64,000 bases of DNA from the NCBI RefSeq assembly GCF_036588685.1, contig NC_086376.1, positions 8,184,001 to 8,248,000 of the forward strand, written 5' to 3'. The notes under the pieces were generated by a model. It made no database searches. It saw nothing but the letters and a program-made list of their open reading frames with translations, and had not been told where the DNA came from. Shown here piece by piece: positions 51,565 through 64,000 of the stretch (the stretch's first letter is position 1; each line of letters begins with the position of its first letter). A program made the translations under genes and the position numbers. This stretch comes from Mytilus trossulus (Eukaryota).

Positions 51565-52560
51565 AACTAACGCAGTTCTGAGATATCAGCTACTTAAAAC
51601 AACTAACGCAGTTCTGAGATATCAGTTATTAATAACAACTTACGCAGTTCTGATATATCAGTTATTAATAACAACTTACGCAGTTCTGATGTATCAGTTA
51701 TTAATAACAACTTATGCAGATCTAAGATATCAGTTTTTAATAACAACTTACGCAGTTCTGATGTATCAGTTATTAATAACAATTTATGCAGTTCTGATGT
51801 ATCAGTTATTGATAACAACTTATGCAGTTCTGATATATCAGTTATTAATAACAACTTATGCAGTTCTGAGATATCAGTTATTAATAACAACTTATGCAGT
51901 TCTGATATATCAGTTATTAATAACAACATATGCAGTTCTGATGTATCAGTTATTAATAACAACTTATGCAGTTCTGAGATATCAGTTATTAATAACGACT
52001 TATGCAGTTCTGATATATCAGTTATTAATAACAACTTACGCAGTTCTGATGTATCAGTTATTAATAACAACTTACGCAGTTCTGATGTATCAGTTATTAA
52101 TAACAACTTACGCAGTTCTGATGTATCAGTTATTAATACCAACTTATGCAGTCCTGATGTATCAGTTATTAATAACAACTAACGCAGTTCTGAGATATCA
52201 GCTAGTTATAGCAACTAACGCAGTTCTGAGATATCAGCTATTTATAACAACTAACGTAGTTCTGAGATATCAGCTATTTATAACAACTAACGCAGTTCTG
52301 AGATATCAGTTATTTATAACAACTAACGCAGTTCTGAGATATCAGCTATCTATAACAACTAACGCAGTTCTGAGATAACAGCTATTTATAGCAACTAACG
52401 CAGTTCTGAGATATCATTTATTTATAACAACAAACGCAGTTCTGAGATATCAGCTATCTATAACAACTAACGCAGTTCTGAGATATCAGCTACTATCTAT
52501 AACAACTACACTGTAGTTAGATAACAAATATTATAACAACCAACTCAGTTCTAAGATAAA
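51565..52560. repeat. 36-bp minisatellite, ~27 copies
   Basis: Unit AACAACTTAYGCAGTTCTGATRTATCAGTTATTAAT. Confidence 0.95.
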
Positions 52561-53562
52561 AGCTAACACAGTGAAATGGTCGTAGAGTTTAAACTACTTT
52601 TATGAGTACTCGACCCTTTGAACTAATTACCTTGATCTGTGGATAAATACAATAAATACCAAAAGAAGAAAACACTTCACTTCATAACATTTAATTTAGT
52701 ACGACATGAAATGCAAAACTAGATAATTTATTATATTGAACAGAATTAAATGCAGGTTAAAAAAACATCTTTGTTTGCGTAGATAAAAAAAAGTTGTGTA
52801 CCTCTACAGTAATCCTCAAGTGTCATCACTGAGTGTTTTATTGCTTCTTCTACAGAATACCTGTAAAAGAGGTCGAATTTCATATCGTTTGCTCTTCATC
52901 AGAATGTACAGAAGAGAGCAATACACCACGCCAAAAGATTTCAAGTTCCTATGCCAAAAGTCGATGGTTTTGTAAGAATTTCCATCAATAACAAACGGGT
53001 CGCAATGACAAAGCGTAGTGTGCTGACAGTGGCGTTGAACATTAACTACCAATCAATCAATCAAATGAGCAAGGTGCAATTTTTTGCCTCTACAATTTAG
53101 CGACTGCCCCTCCATTTTCAATGGACATGCATGTGCGTAGTATTCAGGTGATAAAACTCATACGACAATTATTTTTTAACACATTTGTTATGATTTATAT
53201 CAATTGCAATCTAGTTTCTAATAGCTTAATGTATTTGTTAGCAGACAAAACATGATGACCTCAGCAATTATTACATAATCGAAATTCAATAATTCTGATT
53301 TATCCACCCAATTTAGTAATGAAGCGGAAAATCAAATTAAATAAGTCATTATCGGAATGAGAAAGATCCGGTTAACATTTAACGTGACATGATATCATAT
53401 ATACCTTCTGTGATGTCATGTTATTTTTACTGTTGATGATGATAGTGCGTGTCATGTGATGAACAATATGATAAAATAATGAACAAGGAGAGTTGTTAGG
53501 AATATTATTAATTATTTTTATTAAATATTTTGGACTATTCAAAACAAATGAATAAATATTAA

Positions 53563-53641
53563 TGTGTGTGTGTATGTGTGTGTGATTGATTGATTGAGAG
53601 AGAGAGAGAGAGAGAGACAGGCAGACAGACAGAGCGAGAGA
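53563..53641. repeat. Compound microsatellite (TG)n(GATT)n(GA)n(GACA)n
   Basis: Directly visible. Confidence 0.85.
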
Positions 53642-54067
53642 ACACATTAAAAAAAACCTCAAATTATCATTAAAATTCAAGCAGAAAATGTAATGAGAGG
53701 CACGATTCGCACTGCATGAATTAAAAAAAAAAACAGTATAGTTTCAATCATTTTGATTTTAGATGAGTAGTGATTAGGAATTTTCATTTGTACCAAAAAT
53801 CTGATATGAACGTATCATTGTTTACATAACTCATCAACCGACTCATGTCTCAATCTAAGTGCGTAAAGCAATTGTTAGTGCAAAATATAGCATTTTATTT
53901 TTTCTCTCTCTCCTTACGTACACTCCCTATTAACTACTATCAGTGCGTATACCGCAAATACATGAGGATATGTGTATTGGTTGCTGTAAGGGAGCTAAAG
54001 TTCGTATTTTAGGGGTGGGACTAGCTTATTAGTTTTCACTCTTTTCGGTCCTACCTTTTGTTCTGAC

Positions 54068-54345
54068 TTTTGTATGCCCCACCTACGATAGTAGAGGGGC
54101 ATTATGTTTTCTGGTCTGTGCGTCCTTTCGTCCGTTCGTGCGTTCGTCCGTCCGTCCGTCCGTCCGTCTGTCCCGCTTCAGGTTAAAGTTTTTGGTCAAG
54201 GTAGTTTTTGATGAAGTTGAAGTCCAATCGACCTCAAACTTTGTACACATGTTTCCTCTGATATGATCTTTCAAATTTTAATGCAAAAAATAGAAAATGA
54301 TAGTGCGAGTGGGGCATTCGTGTACTGAGGACACATTCTTGTTTT
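54068..54345 (+). mobile_element. Short non-autonomous Helentron (HINE)
   Basis: 5' T-run, subTIR ATGCCCCAC / GTGGGGCAT, (GTCC)n microsatellite, 3' hairpin followed by TTCTTGTTT. Confidence 0.8.
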
Positions 54346-55199
54346 TACATAAACTGTCATCCTGTTTTTTTTCATCTCAAAACTCCTATCCTGCCTTTTT
54401 ATTTCAAATTCATCATTACCCCCTTTTCTCCCCCGCCGCACCCCTATCTCCTGAAAATCAAATGGTAGCTCTTTAAATACAAAAACTCAACTGATTTGAC
54501 TACCGTGTAAATCATACTTCTTTCTGTGCTTTCGATTTTACAATCGTGTACACGAAATTTTGATCGGTTTTAATCTATAGTCGATAAAAGGATGTGAAAT
54601 ATTATAAGATAGGAATATAATTGACCTTCGCACTAAGAATGAAGAGCGGTTAGTTAAACACGAGAACGTCTCTTTCTTTCATTTCTTTAAAAATTTCCTC
54701 AACAAAGCAATTAATTATTTCTTAATATGCTTGCAGACAATCGAAATATGATAACTAGATATAAGATGTAGTATGAGTGCCAATGAGACAACTCTCCATC
54801 CAAGTCACAATTTTGTTTTTTTTTATTATAGTTCAAAGTACGGCCTTTAACACGGAGCCTCGGATCACACTGAACAGCAAGCTATAACCCCCCCTCCCCC
54901 CCCCCCCCCCAAAAAAAAAAAAAATACTAGTGTAAAAATATACAAACAGGGAAACCAACGATATAGTCTATATAAAAAGCGACAAGTTATCATGCAAGAA
55001 ATTTGAAAGTTTAAACACTTTTAACATCGGCAAAAATTGTTTACTGATGTTAAAAAAAGTTTCATTCATTTAACGTGAAATCAATTAGAAATGTGATGAT
55101 TCAAAGAAGGTTACTCGTAAAATTAATTATTTACCAAATTTCAGCATGTAAAATGTATATCTTAGGATTATAATCTTTGGTTACTAATCTCTATCAATA

Positions 55200-56925
55200 A
55201 TTCCTTCTAACAATATATAGTATTTCAGTTACTATTTTCAAATTACTATTTGTTTTACACACAACCGTTCGACAATGTACACAAACATTAATGCGTAAAA
55301 ATAGAGGTGATGTATTAGGTGGGTAGAGCGGATAATGCTATAATCTTGTATTTCATTCATAAAAAAGTTTAAAAACAGTTGACGGTGTAACATGATTCGC
55401 CGCGCAGTTAAAAAAAATCAGTAGTAGAGATCATTTGTATAAATTTAGCATCTACTTAAGTATAACAAGTGAAAAACAAATGTGACAATTTATAGTAAAG
55501 GATAAATAGGATTAAAGTATTAGTTCTATGTTACACACGCTAAACAATTTCCCGCGCCATTTATTACAATTATTTTACCGTCTACGTTTTTGTCACCGTC
55601 CAGTCGAAAACGTATGACGGTTAACTACTGAGTTTCAGTAAAACACTGATACATGTATATGTATACGTTCTGAGCGAAACGATCACTGAAACTATCACAA
55701 TGTCGGTTAAAGATACCAAAGAAATATTCAAAGTTGAAAGTATTTTGTTCAGTGTTTATCGTTTGTTGTTGTGGTTCTCGTTCTTCATATAGATTAAACC
55801 GTTTGTTTTCCTGTTTGTATTGTTTTACACTAGTCATTATTTGACCCTTTATATCCTGCTGTTCCCTGTAAGTCAAAGGTCCGTATTTAAGGCCGTACTT
55901 TGCCCTATAATTGTTAGGCTTTTTAAAAATTGTGACTTGAATGAAGAGTTGTCTCATTGTTACTTATACCACATCTTCTTATTTATACTATAAACAGGAA
56001 AAAACCTGACAATATAAGGGGAAAAAACAAACTGGACTAAACGACAGACAACAGTACGCAAAATAAAGCTTAAAAACACGAACCCAATCAAAAACCTGGG
56101 GGATTTCAGGTGTCCCGCAAGGGTAAGCATGTCCTTTTCAACATGTAGTACCCATCGTGTTCTCATATATTTACATGAAGTATTTTCATGGAAATATATA
56201 CCTATTAAGATTCAATATTTTGTAATTTTAACATGTTTGTTTTAATACAACTATAAGGACATCTTCAATGCCAAGATAAACTTTGATATTTGAATACACG
56301 TTGGCGCTCGGGGTGAGTGCATGGTATATATGCACAATGTCTATAATCTTCTAACAATATATAGTATTTCAGTTACTATTTTCAAATTACTATTTTGTTA
56401 ACACACAACCGTTCGACAATGAACACAAACGTAAAAATAGAAGTGATTTACTAGATAGGAAGAGACTGGATAATGCTATAATCTTTTATTCCATTCATAA
56501 ATATGTTTGAATACAGTTGACGGCGTAACATGATTCGTCGCGCATTAAGAAAAATCGGTGATATACATCATTTTTATTAATTTAGCATCTACTTAAGTAT
56601 AACAAGTGAAACAAAAAAGAGAAAAAAATAAGGTGACATTTATAGTAAAGGATAAATGGGATTAAAGTATTAGTTCTATGTTACACACGCTAAAAAAAAT
56701 TCCCACGCCATTTATTAAAATTATTTTACCGTCTCCGTTTTTGTCACCTTCCAGTCGAAAACGTATGACGGTTAACTACTGAGTTTCAGTAAAACACTGA
56801 TACCTGTATCTGGTTAAGTTCTGAGCGAGTTCATTCAATGCCAAGATAAACTTTGATATTTGAACACACGTTGGCGCTCGGGTTGAGTGCATGGTATATA
56901 TGCACAATGTTTCTAATCTTGTACA
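55200..56925. repeat. Tandem duplication of a ~570-bp unit; the first copy is split by ~580 bp of inserted repeats
   Basis: 55205-55676 matches 56349-56828; 56264-56345 matches 56834-56915. Confidence 0.88.
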
Positions 56926-57401
56926 ATACAGTACGGTTGAATAACTCCCTCGACAGTGTCTAGTTGCAAATTTAGGAAGAACAAATTTCCCCAGTATTCA
57001 TCTCACAAGCAAAGTCATATTTGTAAATCATTTGAAAAACAGAAGGTTTTGTACCATTAAAACGTTTAATCCCGCTGCAGTTGTTTTCACCTGTTATAAG
57101 TCAGGAATCTGATGTTGAGTGGTTGTCATCTGTTTATGTGGTTCATTAGCGTTTCTGGTTTCTGGTTTTTATATAGATTAGACCGTTGGTTTTCCCATTT
57201 GAATGGTTTTACACTTGTAATGTTTAGCCCCCTTATAGCTTGCTAATTGGTACGCGCCAATGCTCCGTGCTGAAGGCCGTACTTTGACCTACATGTATAA
57301 TGGTTTACAATCAAAAATTGTTACTTGGATGGTGAGTTGTCTCATTGGCACTTATACCATATCTTCCTATATAGAAAAAGTAAAATCACAAAAATACTGA
57401 A

Positions 57402-57820
57402 TATAGTTATCAAAGGTACCAGGATTATAATTTAATACGCCAGACGCACGTTTCGTCTACATAAGACTCATCAGTGACGCTCAGATCAAAATAGTTGTAA
57501 AGCCAAATAAATACAAAGTTGAAGAGCATTGAAGACCCAAAATTCCAAAAAAGTTGTGACAAATACGACTAAAGTAATCTATTCCTGGGATAAGAAAATC
57601 CGTTTTTCCAAAAAATCAAAGTTTTGTAACAGGAAATTTAAATAAATTACCACATAATTAATTTTCATGTCAACATCGAAGTGCTGACTACTGGGCTGGT
57701 GATACCCTCGTGGACGAAACGTCCACCAGCAGTGGCATCGACCCATTGGTGTAAATAGTTATCAAAGGTACCAGGATTATAATTTAATACGCCAGACGCG
57801 CGTTTCGTCTACACAAGACT
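57402..57820 (-). mobile_element. Retrozyme, ~1.2 units (unit 352 nt), inserted into another repeat with ACTGAA target duplication
   Basis: TTTCGTCT at 57451 and 57803; ACTGAA at 57396-57401 and 57818-57823. Confidence 0.92.
57437..57480 (-). ncRNA. Minimal type I hammerhead ribozyme, intact core
   Basis: GCGTCA CTGATGA GTCT-TATGT-AGAC GAAA CGTGCG TC TGGCGT. Confidence 0.88.
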
Positions 57821-60395
57821 GAACTTAGAGGAAAATCCAATTCGGCAAGTCCATAATCACATGGCAAAATCAAATAACAAAACGTATCAAAAAAGAATGA
57901 ACAAGAACTGTCATATTCCTGACTTGGTACAGGCATTTTCAAATGTAGAAAATGGTGGATTAAACCTGGTTCTATAGCGCTAACCCTCTCATTTTAATGA
58001 CAGTCTCATCAAATTCCGTTATATTTACATTGATGCGTTAAATAAACAGACACAATAAAAGAATAGTCAAAATATGAGTACATCAGTCATCATCGTATAA
58101 CAATTATCAGATCATTTATCGTGGTATTCCTCCGCATGATAACACAACTTTCGGTATTCATGATTTTTTGCTGATATAATTAAAACATTTTATTATTGTT
58201 TATCTATGTTCTTAAAAAATATTTTCATTAGTATTAATTGAAGAAACGAACTTACAACCATCAATAAGGAATGTTATTTTGCACTAGATAATATCTGCGT
58301 ATTTTTACAGAATACGATCGGCTGTCAGTCAAAAGCGTAAAATAATCTGCGGCAACATATTACCGTCATGACCTCTCAAAAAAAATAAATATCAAAATTA
58401 AATTAAATGATCTACTGAAAGTGAACGAAGGTATTATCTTTGAATTACATAGATGTATTGATTGATGATATTGTGTCCTTGATGCAGAATTAATCTTACC
58501 ACCAAAAAGTTTAATATTCTGATCAGCAAAGTATATTCACATTTAAAGAAATGTTATTAAAATTTTAAACATAATTTGTAGACTATTTTATACATTCAAA
58601 TAACACATCTTACCCATACTGACCATGTGATAGCATTTCACACATATATGGTAAATTGGTCACACCTCTTGGTTTGTGCGCACACTTTTGAGCATCGGTT
58701 GTCAGTTTCGGTGGTTTACCCCGTGCACTACAACGCAGCGTCTTCCTCCAAATAAAAAAATAGTCAATATTAACTTATATAGTTTAAGTCAAGGAAAGCC
58801 AATATCACAAAGCAAAACATTCATTAAAATATATTAACAAATTGAGCATCGTTATATTCAATTTACGATAAGTGTTAAAAGAGATGATACAATGGAAAGG
58901 AAATATTTCTTATTTTTACCAATACATGTACTTATTTATGGTAGAAGCTGCTCAAAAAGAGGTAAATAAGTACCAATACTTAATAGATAAGTAGTATAAA
59001 AAAAGTCATCTTGACAAGATATTTCGGTCAGAATGACTGGTGTGGGTAGAATTATGACGTCATAAATCTTCCGGTTTCGGTGATGATCTGTGATGTGAAT
59101 CGTTGTTTCAGACAGTTATAGTGCCAACATTTCCCATTAAGTTATATTATTCAACTTAAGATAGTACCAAAGCGTCTATTAGCCTTGAAATCTAAAAAAA
59201 AAATCCGAAACTATCATCACTCAGTGCATAAATGAACACGTCTGACTTCTATATTTATTAATTACATGTCAGGCTGTTTTTTCTCAATCATACTCCCTCA
59301 AATATATGCAAATCTAAGTACATAAAAATCGCACAATTATGTGCCATTAAGTACTATTTTTAGATAATTAGTCTATCAGGTACTAACTCAAACTAATCAG
59401 ATTCGAAGTATATTGAAATCTGTATCGGAAATAAGTATTGCTTTACGTCCTATCTAAATAAGTGGTAATTTTTATGACAGAACCGAACTTGATTTCCGTG
59501 TTGTAGTATTGAGCAAACAGTTATATTCGTCTTAGCTTTAAATCATTTATATTCCTAATTTAATGTATGCATTCCAGGCAGAAATCCTTGAACTTAAAAT
59601 CGTGATCCTTCAAAAGATGATTTACGACTTAGAATGTTAATGTGGAAAGATTATTAATTTTAAAGTATCTCTGTGATTATTTTTAGTTGGAAATATTTTG
59701 TGAATTCCCCTGCCGATTTGAAAGTAAGAAGTAAGAAATGAGCAATCAGAATAAAACAGTGTATGATAAATTTCAACAAACATTCCATCCATTTGCCAAT
59801 ATTTGTTTTAATGCAAAGTTATTTATTTATATTGTAAGATACAAGAAACAGTGATAGTCTTAAATTTACCAGAAACACTATTGATGTTTCCATAAATACT
59901 AGTAATTTTGGCATTTACATGAACCTAACGAATCACCCCATAGTCACCTTATAGTAAGTCTGTACCAACGGCCTGATTTAAGCTGCTTCAACAAATGCAC
60001 CAATAATAAATATCACTGAAAGCAAGCAACGACAACCACAGTGCACTTCATGACAGGCTTGTTTCTTGGAACACGTATATACAAATATTGAGGTGAACAT
60101 TACGTTGTCAGTGCCAAACATTCCCCAAACATGGAATTGTGGAGGAACAAAACAGCATACCTTGCTATAGTAATCTCAGTTGGAAAGTTCGACTCATTTG
60201 AACGACACGAAGAACTAAAAACAAAACACAGTTGTTAATTTCTGTGTCATTTGGTTCTTGTGGAGAGTTGTCTCTTTGGCAATCATATCAAATCTTCTCT
60301 TTTTTTTTTAAAATTTATACACATAAACTGATAACTGATATTAGAACTTGAAGTGACTGAAAAACCAATTCAAACTAAAAGATGTGGAATTATAT

Positions 60396-61021
60396 AAGAG
60401 GGACGAAAGATACCAAAGGGACAGTCAAACTCATAAATCTAAAACAAACTGACAACGCTATGGCTAAAAATGAAAAAGACAAACAGAAAAACAATAGTAC
60501 ACATGACACAGCATAGAAAACTAAGGAATAAACAACACGAACCCCACCAAAAACTAGGGGTGATCTCAGATGCTCCGGAAGGATAAGCAGATCCTGCTCC
60601 ACATGTGGCACCCGTCGTGTTGCTTATGTGTTTAAAAATCCGGTAAATTTTCTAATTCGGTAGGTCACATGCATGAAAGGAGAGGGGATTGTAGTTACGA
60701 CGTAAGGAACATATCCGATATCATTTGTGAAAAGGTTATTCCATAACGGTCAACCAACTCGTGATGGCTTCCGTAAAGTTTACGAAGGGATGATTTCAAC
60801 TTCACCATTTGGAACTCTTGGTTTAATAGCTTTCTTGTGAGCAGTAACCCTCTATCATGAAAATCATGATAGGAAATGCAAGCCTTGGAATATCGTATCA
60901 ATTGGGAGATATATACCCGTATGCAGGTGCTGCTAGAATGTTGCTACTTAGGAATGGAAAGTTCACAATTGGAAAGCTGAAATCATCTCTGTTGTCGTAA
61001 AGTTTTGTTTTCAACCGACCT
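60396..61021 (-). mobile_element. 5'-truncated Penelope-like family 2 element (RT C-terminus plus 3' UTR)
   Basis: IRYSKACISYHDFHDRGLLLTRKLLNQEFQMVKLKSSLRK; matches 24730-25358. Confidence 0.88.
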
Positions 61022-61879
61022 TATAGGTGTTCATAACTTTCAGGATTTTCTCGCTGTGATAAAAGACATATTTTGTAGCCTTTTAATGTTTTTTTACTCG
61101 TTTGGTCGAGCTGTTGTATCTTTGACACATACCTCTTCCACTCTCCATTCTAAAAAGCAAATGTAAACTAACGGCCCACTGCATATCTGCGTCAGATGTA
61201 TAATTGTATATATAATTTTGTTTTGATGTGTTGACCTATTTTAAAATGTATGTATAAATTGTAGTTATTTGTGTATTTTCATATCCGGATTGTTCAAAAA
61301 CGACAATGCTATAACTCTTATCAAACTTTGGATTACATTTTGACCGCTTTATCTATTTGTGGTTTTTATGTGTAATTTAACATCTGGAACATCAAAGAGA
61401 TTTTGATTTAAATGACATTTTATGACAATCATTTTAAGATATTTTTATATTTTTGGGTAAAAATACTCAATAAACAACAGTGAAAATCCGATATTTTTAC
61501 AGTAGAAATCAACCTAAAAGTTACTTCCTAAATAGGTTTAAAATGACAAAAATGTTTAAAATAACATTCTTAACCTTAAAAGTTTAACAAGGTATAATAC
61601 AATATAGAGAGCTGTTTAAGTTTATTTGATGCACTAAATATGCCTTACAAACTTTATTAGTTATAAATAATTGATTGATTGACGCTCACTTAACACCAAA
61701 TGTCAAATATTTTATACCTATGATATAAAGCACGAAAACATTCAAAAACAATTGTTGCGAATTAACAGTTAAGAATATAATAAAAAAAATACAGTTATGT
61801 TTTTTCAGATTTCTGTATGAATTTTTCCATTTGATCTTTTTATCATTCAAATCTTCATCGAAAATCCTCAATTTATATT

Positions 61880-62265
61880 CGCATCTGGTGCAAAAAAAAT
61901 GGTACCGTTAATTTTATTACTACCACTGGGTCGATGCCTCTGCTGGTGGACTATTAGTACCCGAGGATAACACCACCTCAGTAGCAAGTACTTCGGTACT
62001 GGCATAAAAATACGGATTTTTGTGTTATTAAAATTTGCTGTTACAAAATGATAAAAAATATTATAAATTAAGGAATGTATCTCCCTCATACAAAGCTCTG
62101 ATTCCTTTCACGGATTTGGCTATACTTTTTGGACCTTTTGGATTATAGCTCTTCATCTTTTATATAAGCGTTGGATTTCAAATATTTTGGCCACGAGCAG
62201 CACTGAAGAGACATGTATTGTCGAAATGCGCATCTGGTGCAAGAAAATTGGTACCGTTAATTTTA
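61880..62265 (+). mobile_element. Retrozyme of a second subfamily, ~1.1 units (unit 349 nt)
   Basis: GCATCTGGTGCAA...GGTACCGTTAATTTTA occurs at 61881 and 62230; body homologous to the 354-nt family. Confidence 0.88.
62197..62240 (+). ncRNA. Minimal type I hammerhead ribozyme, subfamily B; predicted cleavage after C62234
   Basis: GCAGCA CTGAAGA GACA-TGTAT-TGTC GAAA TGCGCA TC TGGTGC. Confidence 0.85.
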
Positions 62266-62628
62266 AAATCCTTGGTTTTAATAAGACGCGTTATCTATAC
62301 AGCTGCTGCTATTAAGCTCTTTGCGAGGTCTGCGTTCGTAGTATAAATAATGGATAGCTATTCAGTTAAAGTTGTCATTTGAGCCGAAGACAGTAGACCA
62401 AACAGACCAGACAGGTAGGAAAGTAAAAAATATATATGGTAAGCAGTAGAAGTAGTTGAATAAAGTGAGGTGTATGAGAAAGGTTGAAACAGTTGGTTCT
62501 GTACTTTCCAAACAGGTCTTGCGTTACATATTTCTCACTATTGCAGTGAGTGTTTGCTGATAACCCATTCCTTAGTGCTACCATGTTGTTTCGACAGTTA
62601 TAGACATATTTTTCGAATAAGGTTTCAT

Positions 62629-63088
62629 AGGTGTCAGACCACCAATTAAAACTCCCTATCTGTTCAACCAATATTTGCAATTTTCATAGCTTTCTAAATA
62701 TTTTACCTTAAGTTAAACTTCATAGAAACCAGGTATATCCTTAATTGTACATGTATCAGGTTTCTACATGCCAATTTTCGCCATACCTTTAAAGCCTTCT
62801 GACAAAATAACTGACATCAAATAGAGGTACTCCAAAACAAATTCTGGATATCTAAAATTAGTATACTATGGAGCGCATTAATCCTCAATTTTTAATGCAA
62901 ACTCTTAGACAAGTAAATTGTGGCTCAACATGATCTAGATATGTTTCTCTTTCACCAAAAGTTTCATTTCTGCAAATTTGTTGGTTAGTTCAAGTAAACA
63001 AGGACATCAAAAGGACTATTTTGTGTCAGAGTAGGGCTACTTTTACATACTTTCTAACTTGGAGAGAGTAATTGATGGTCTGACACCT
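62629..63088. mobile_element. MITE with ~20-bp TIRs and 4-bp TCAT TSD (superfamily uncertain)
   Basis: TCAT|AGGTGTCAGACCACCAATTA ... TAATTGATGGTCTGACACCT|TCAT. Confidence 0.75.
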
Positions 63089-63559
63089 TCATACGACAGT
63101 TAACATATATAGTTCAAATTTGTTTCATACATTAGTTTTCTGATAGGCTCCTTACATTTAGGATTCAGCACCGTTTCATACATTTAGCAAGTCCAGTTCC
63201 AAACAGTTAGTTTTAACAAGTATCAGACTGAAAGGATTATAAACAGTTTTAATTTATCAGTTTCGAGTTGATTGGTTAGTATAGAAATTCAATTTATGCA
63301 GTATTTGTTTTATATTTAGCAGTATGATGTAGCGTAAATGGTTTGACTTTTTGCGGTGCTCTCCAAATCCTACGAAACCGGTTAGAATCCGTTGATAAAA
63401 CTATCAAAATGTACCTGCCCGTTTACACGTATGTTCTGAAAGATAAATTGACAAGAATGAATAGCGGGAAATTCGGACTGCACATGGGTCACTGTGATTT
63501 GTTGGGTAAATGCTGATATTTGTAAAGAAATATAGCTCGGCACTCGCGCTATACGGATA

Positions 63560-63830
63560 TATAAAAAGAAGATGTGGTATGATTTTTCCAATGAGACAAC
63601 TATCCACTAGAGACTGAAATGACACATAAATTAACAACTATAGAATACCGTAAGGCCTTCAATTATGAGCAAAGCCCATACCGTATAGTCAGCTATAAAC
63701 GTCCTCAAAATGACAATGTAAAACGATACAAACGAGAAAAACTAACGACTTAATTTATGTACAAAAAAATAAACGAAAAACAAATATGTAACTCGCTATC
63801 ATTCGACAACCAATGAATTACAGGCTCTTT
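63560..63830. mobile_element. Abundant dispersed short repeat; related copies near 2215, 10280, 15525, 48825, 54760, 55750, 57050 and 60230
   Basis: Shared GATGTGGTAT...CCAATGAGACAACT...GGCCTTCAA...CAGCTATAAA. Confidence 0.7.
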
Positions 63831-63844
63831 GACACCATTGGCGA

Positions 63845-64000
63845 GTATGGTCTTAAGGAAACGATGACAGTCCGTCGGAAGGGGACGATAAATGGCTGAC
63901 CCGTGTTAAGAGAGCCATATCTCTTGCACGTTTAAGACACCCTTGTAGATTTCGAAAAAGAGTAGGCTATTGCTGCTACAAGGCAGCACTCGCACCCGCA
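63845..64000 (+). mobile_element. SINE-like repeat running off the window end
   Basis: GC-richer stretch GGGGACGATAAAT...GCACGTTTAAGACACCC, with weak similarity to 8960-9050. Confidence 0.4.

Larger units (their letters stand above)
57375..58100 (-). mobile_element. Abundant short retroposon-like repeat carrying the four-helix motif (host of the 57402-57820 retrozyme); related copies near 15718, 17365, 37150, 39300 and 42145
   Basis: Shared AACCAGGTTTAATCCACCATTTT...GCCTGTACCAAGTCAGGAATATGACAGT. Confidence 0.7.

Noticed and set aside
51603-52378. 191-aa and 229-aa repetitive ORFs
   Set aside because: They are translations of the 36-bp satellite on both strands
52816-53052. 78-aa ORF or possible exon
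   Set aside because: No recognisable domain or supporting gene structure

Overview
Eukaryotic, very AT-rich, repeat-dense genomic DNA. The repeat families look bivalve, probably Mytilus-like (inference). The only well-supported host gene is a spliced MAP9/ASAP-like gene on the minus strand: 11 coding exons between 494 and 11437, about 840 aa, all junctions GT-AG and phase-compatible, with an 11x (P-G-L-D-R-K-S) repeat in one exon. The rest is mostly mobile DNA. The most notable part is an RNA-structure-rich retroelement set. (1) About ten copies or fragments of ~350-nt retrozyme-type repeats carrying minimal type I hammerhead ribozymes; several are longer than one unit and share a fixed 3' end, and one carries a dense A-to-G cluster. 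(2) 5'-truncated Penelope-like (Naiad-type) RT elements, one with a canonical-looking SECIS hairpin in its 3' UTR. (3) A four-helix RNA motif with covarying stems shared by the RT element's 3' UTR and other short repeat families. Also present: several MITE types (Harbinger-, MULE-, Kolobok- and piggyBac-like, and Helentron/HINE), four minisatellite families, local tandem duplications, and a ~7 kb inverted duplication at 43.3-50.5 kb. All calls were made by eye; no searches or folding programs were run.
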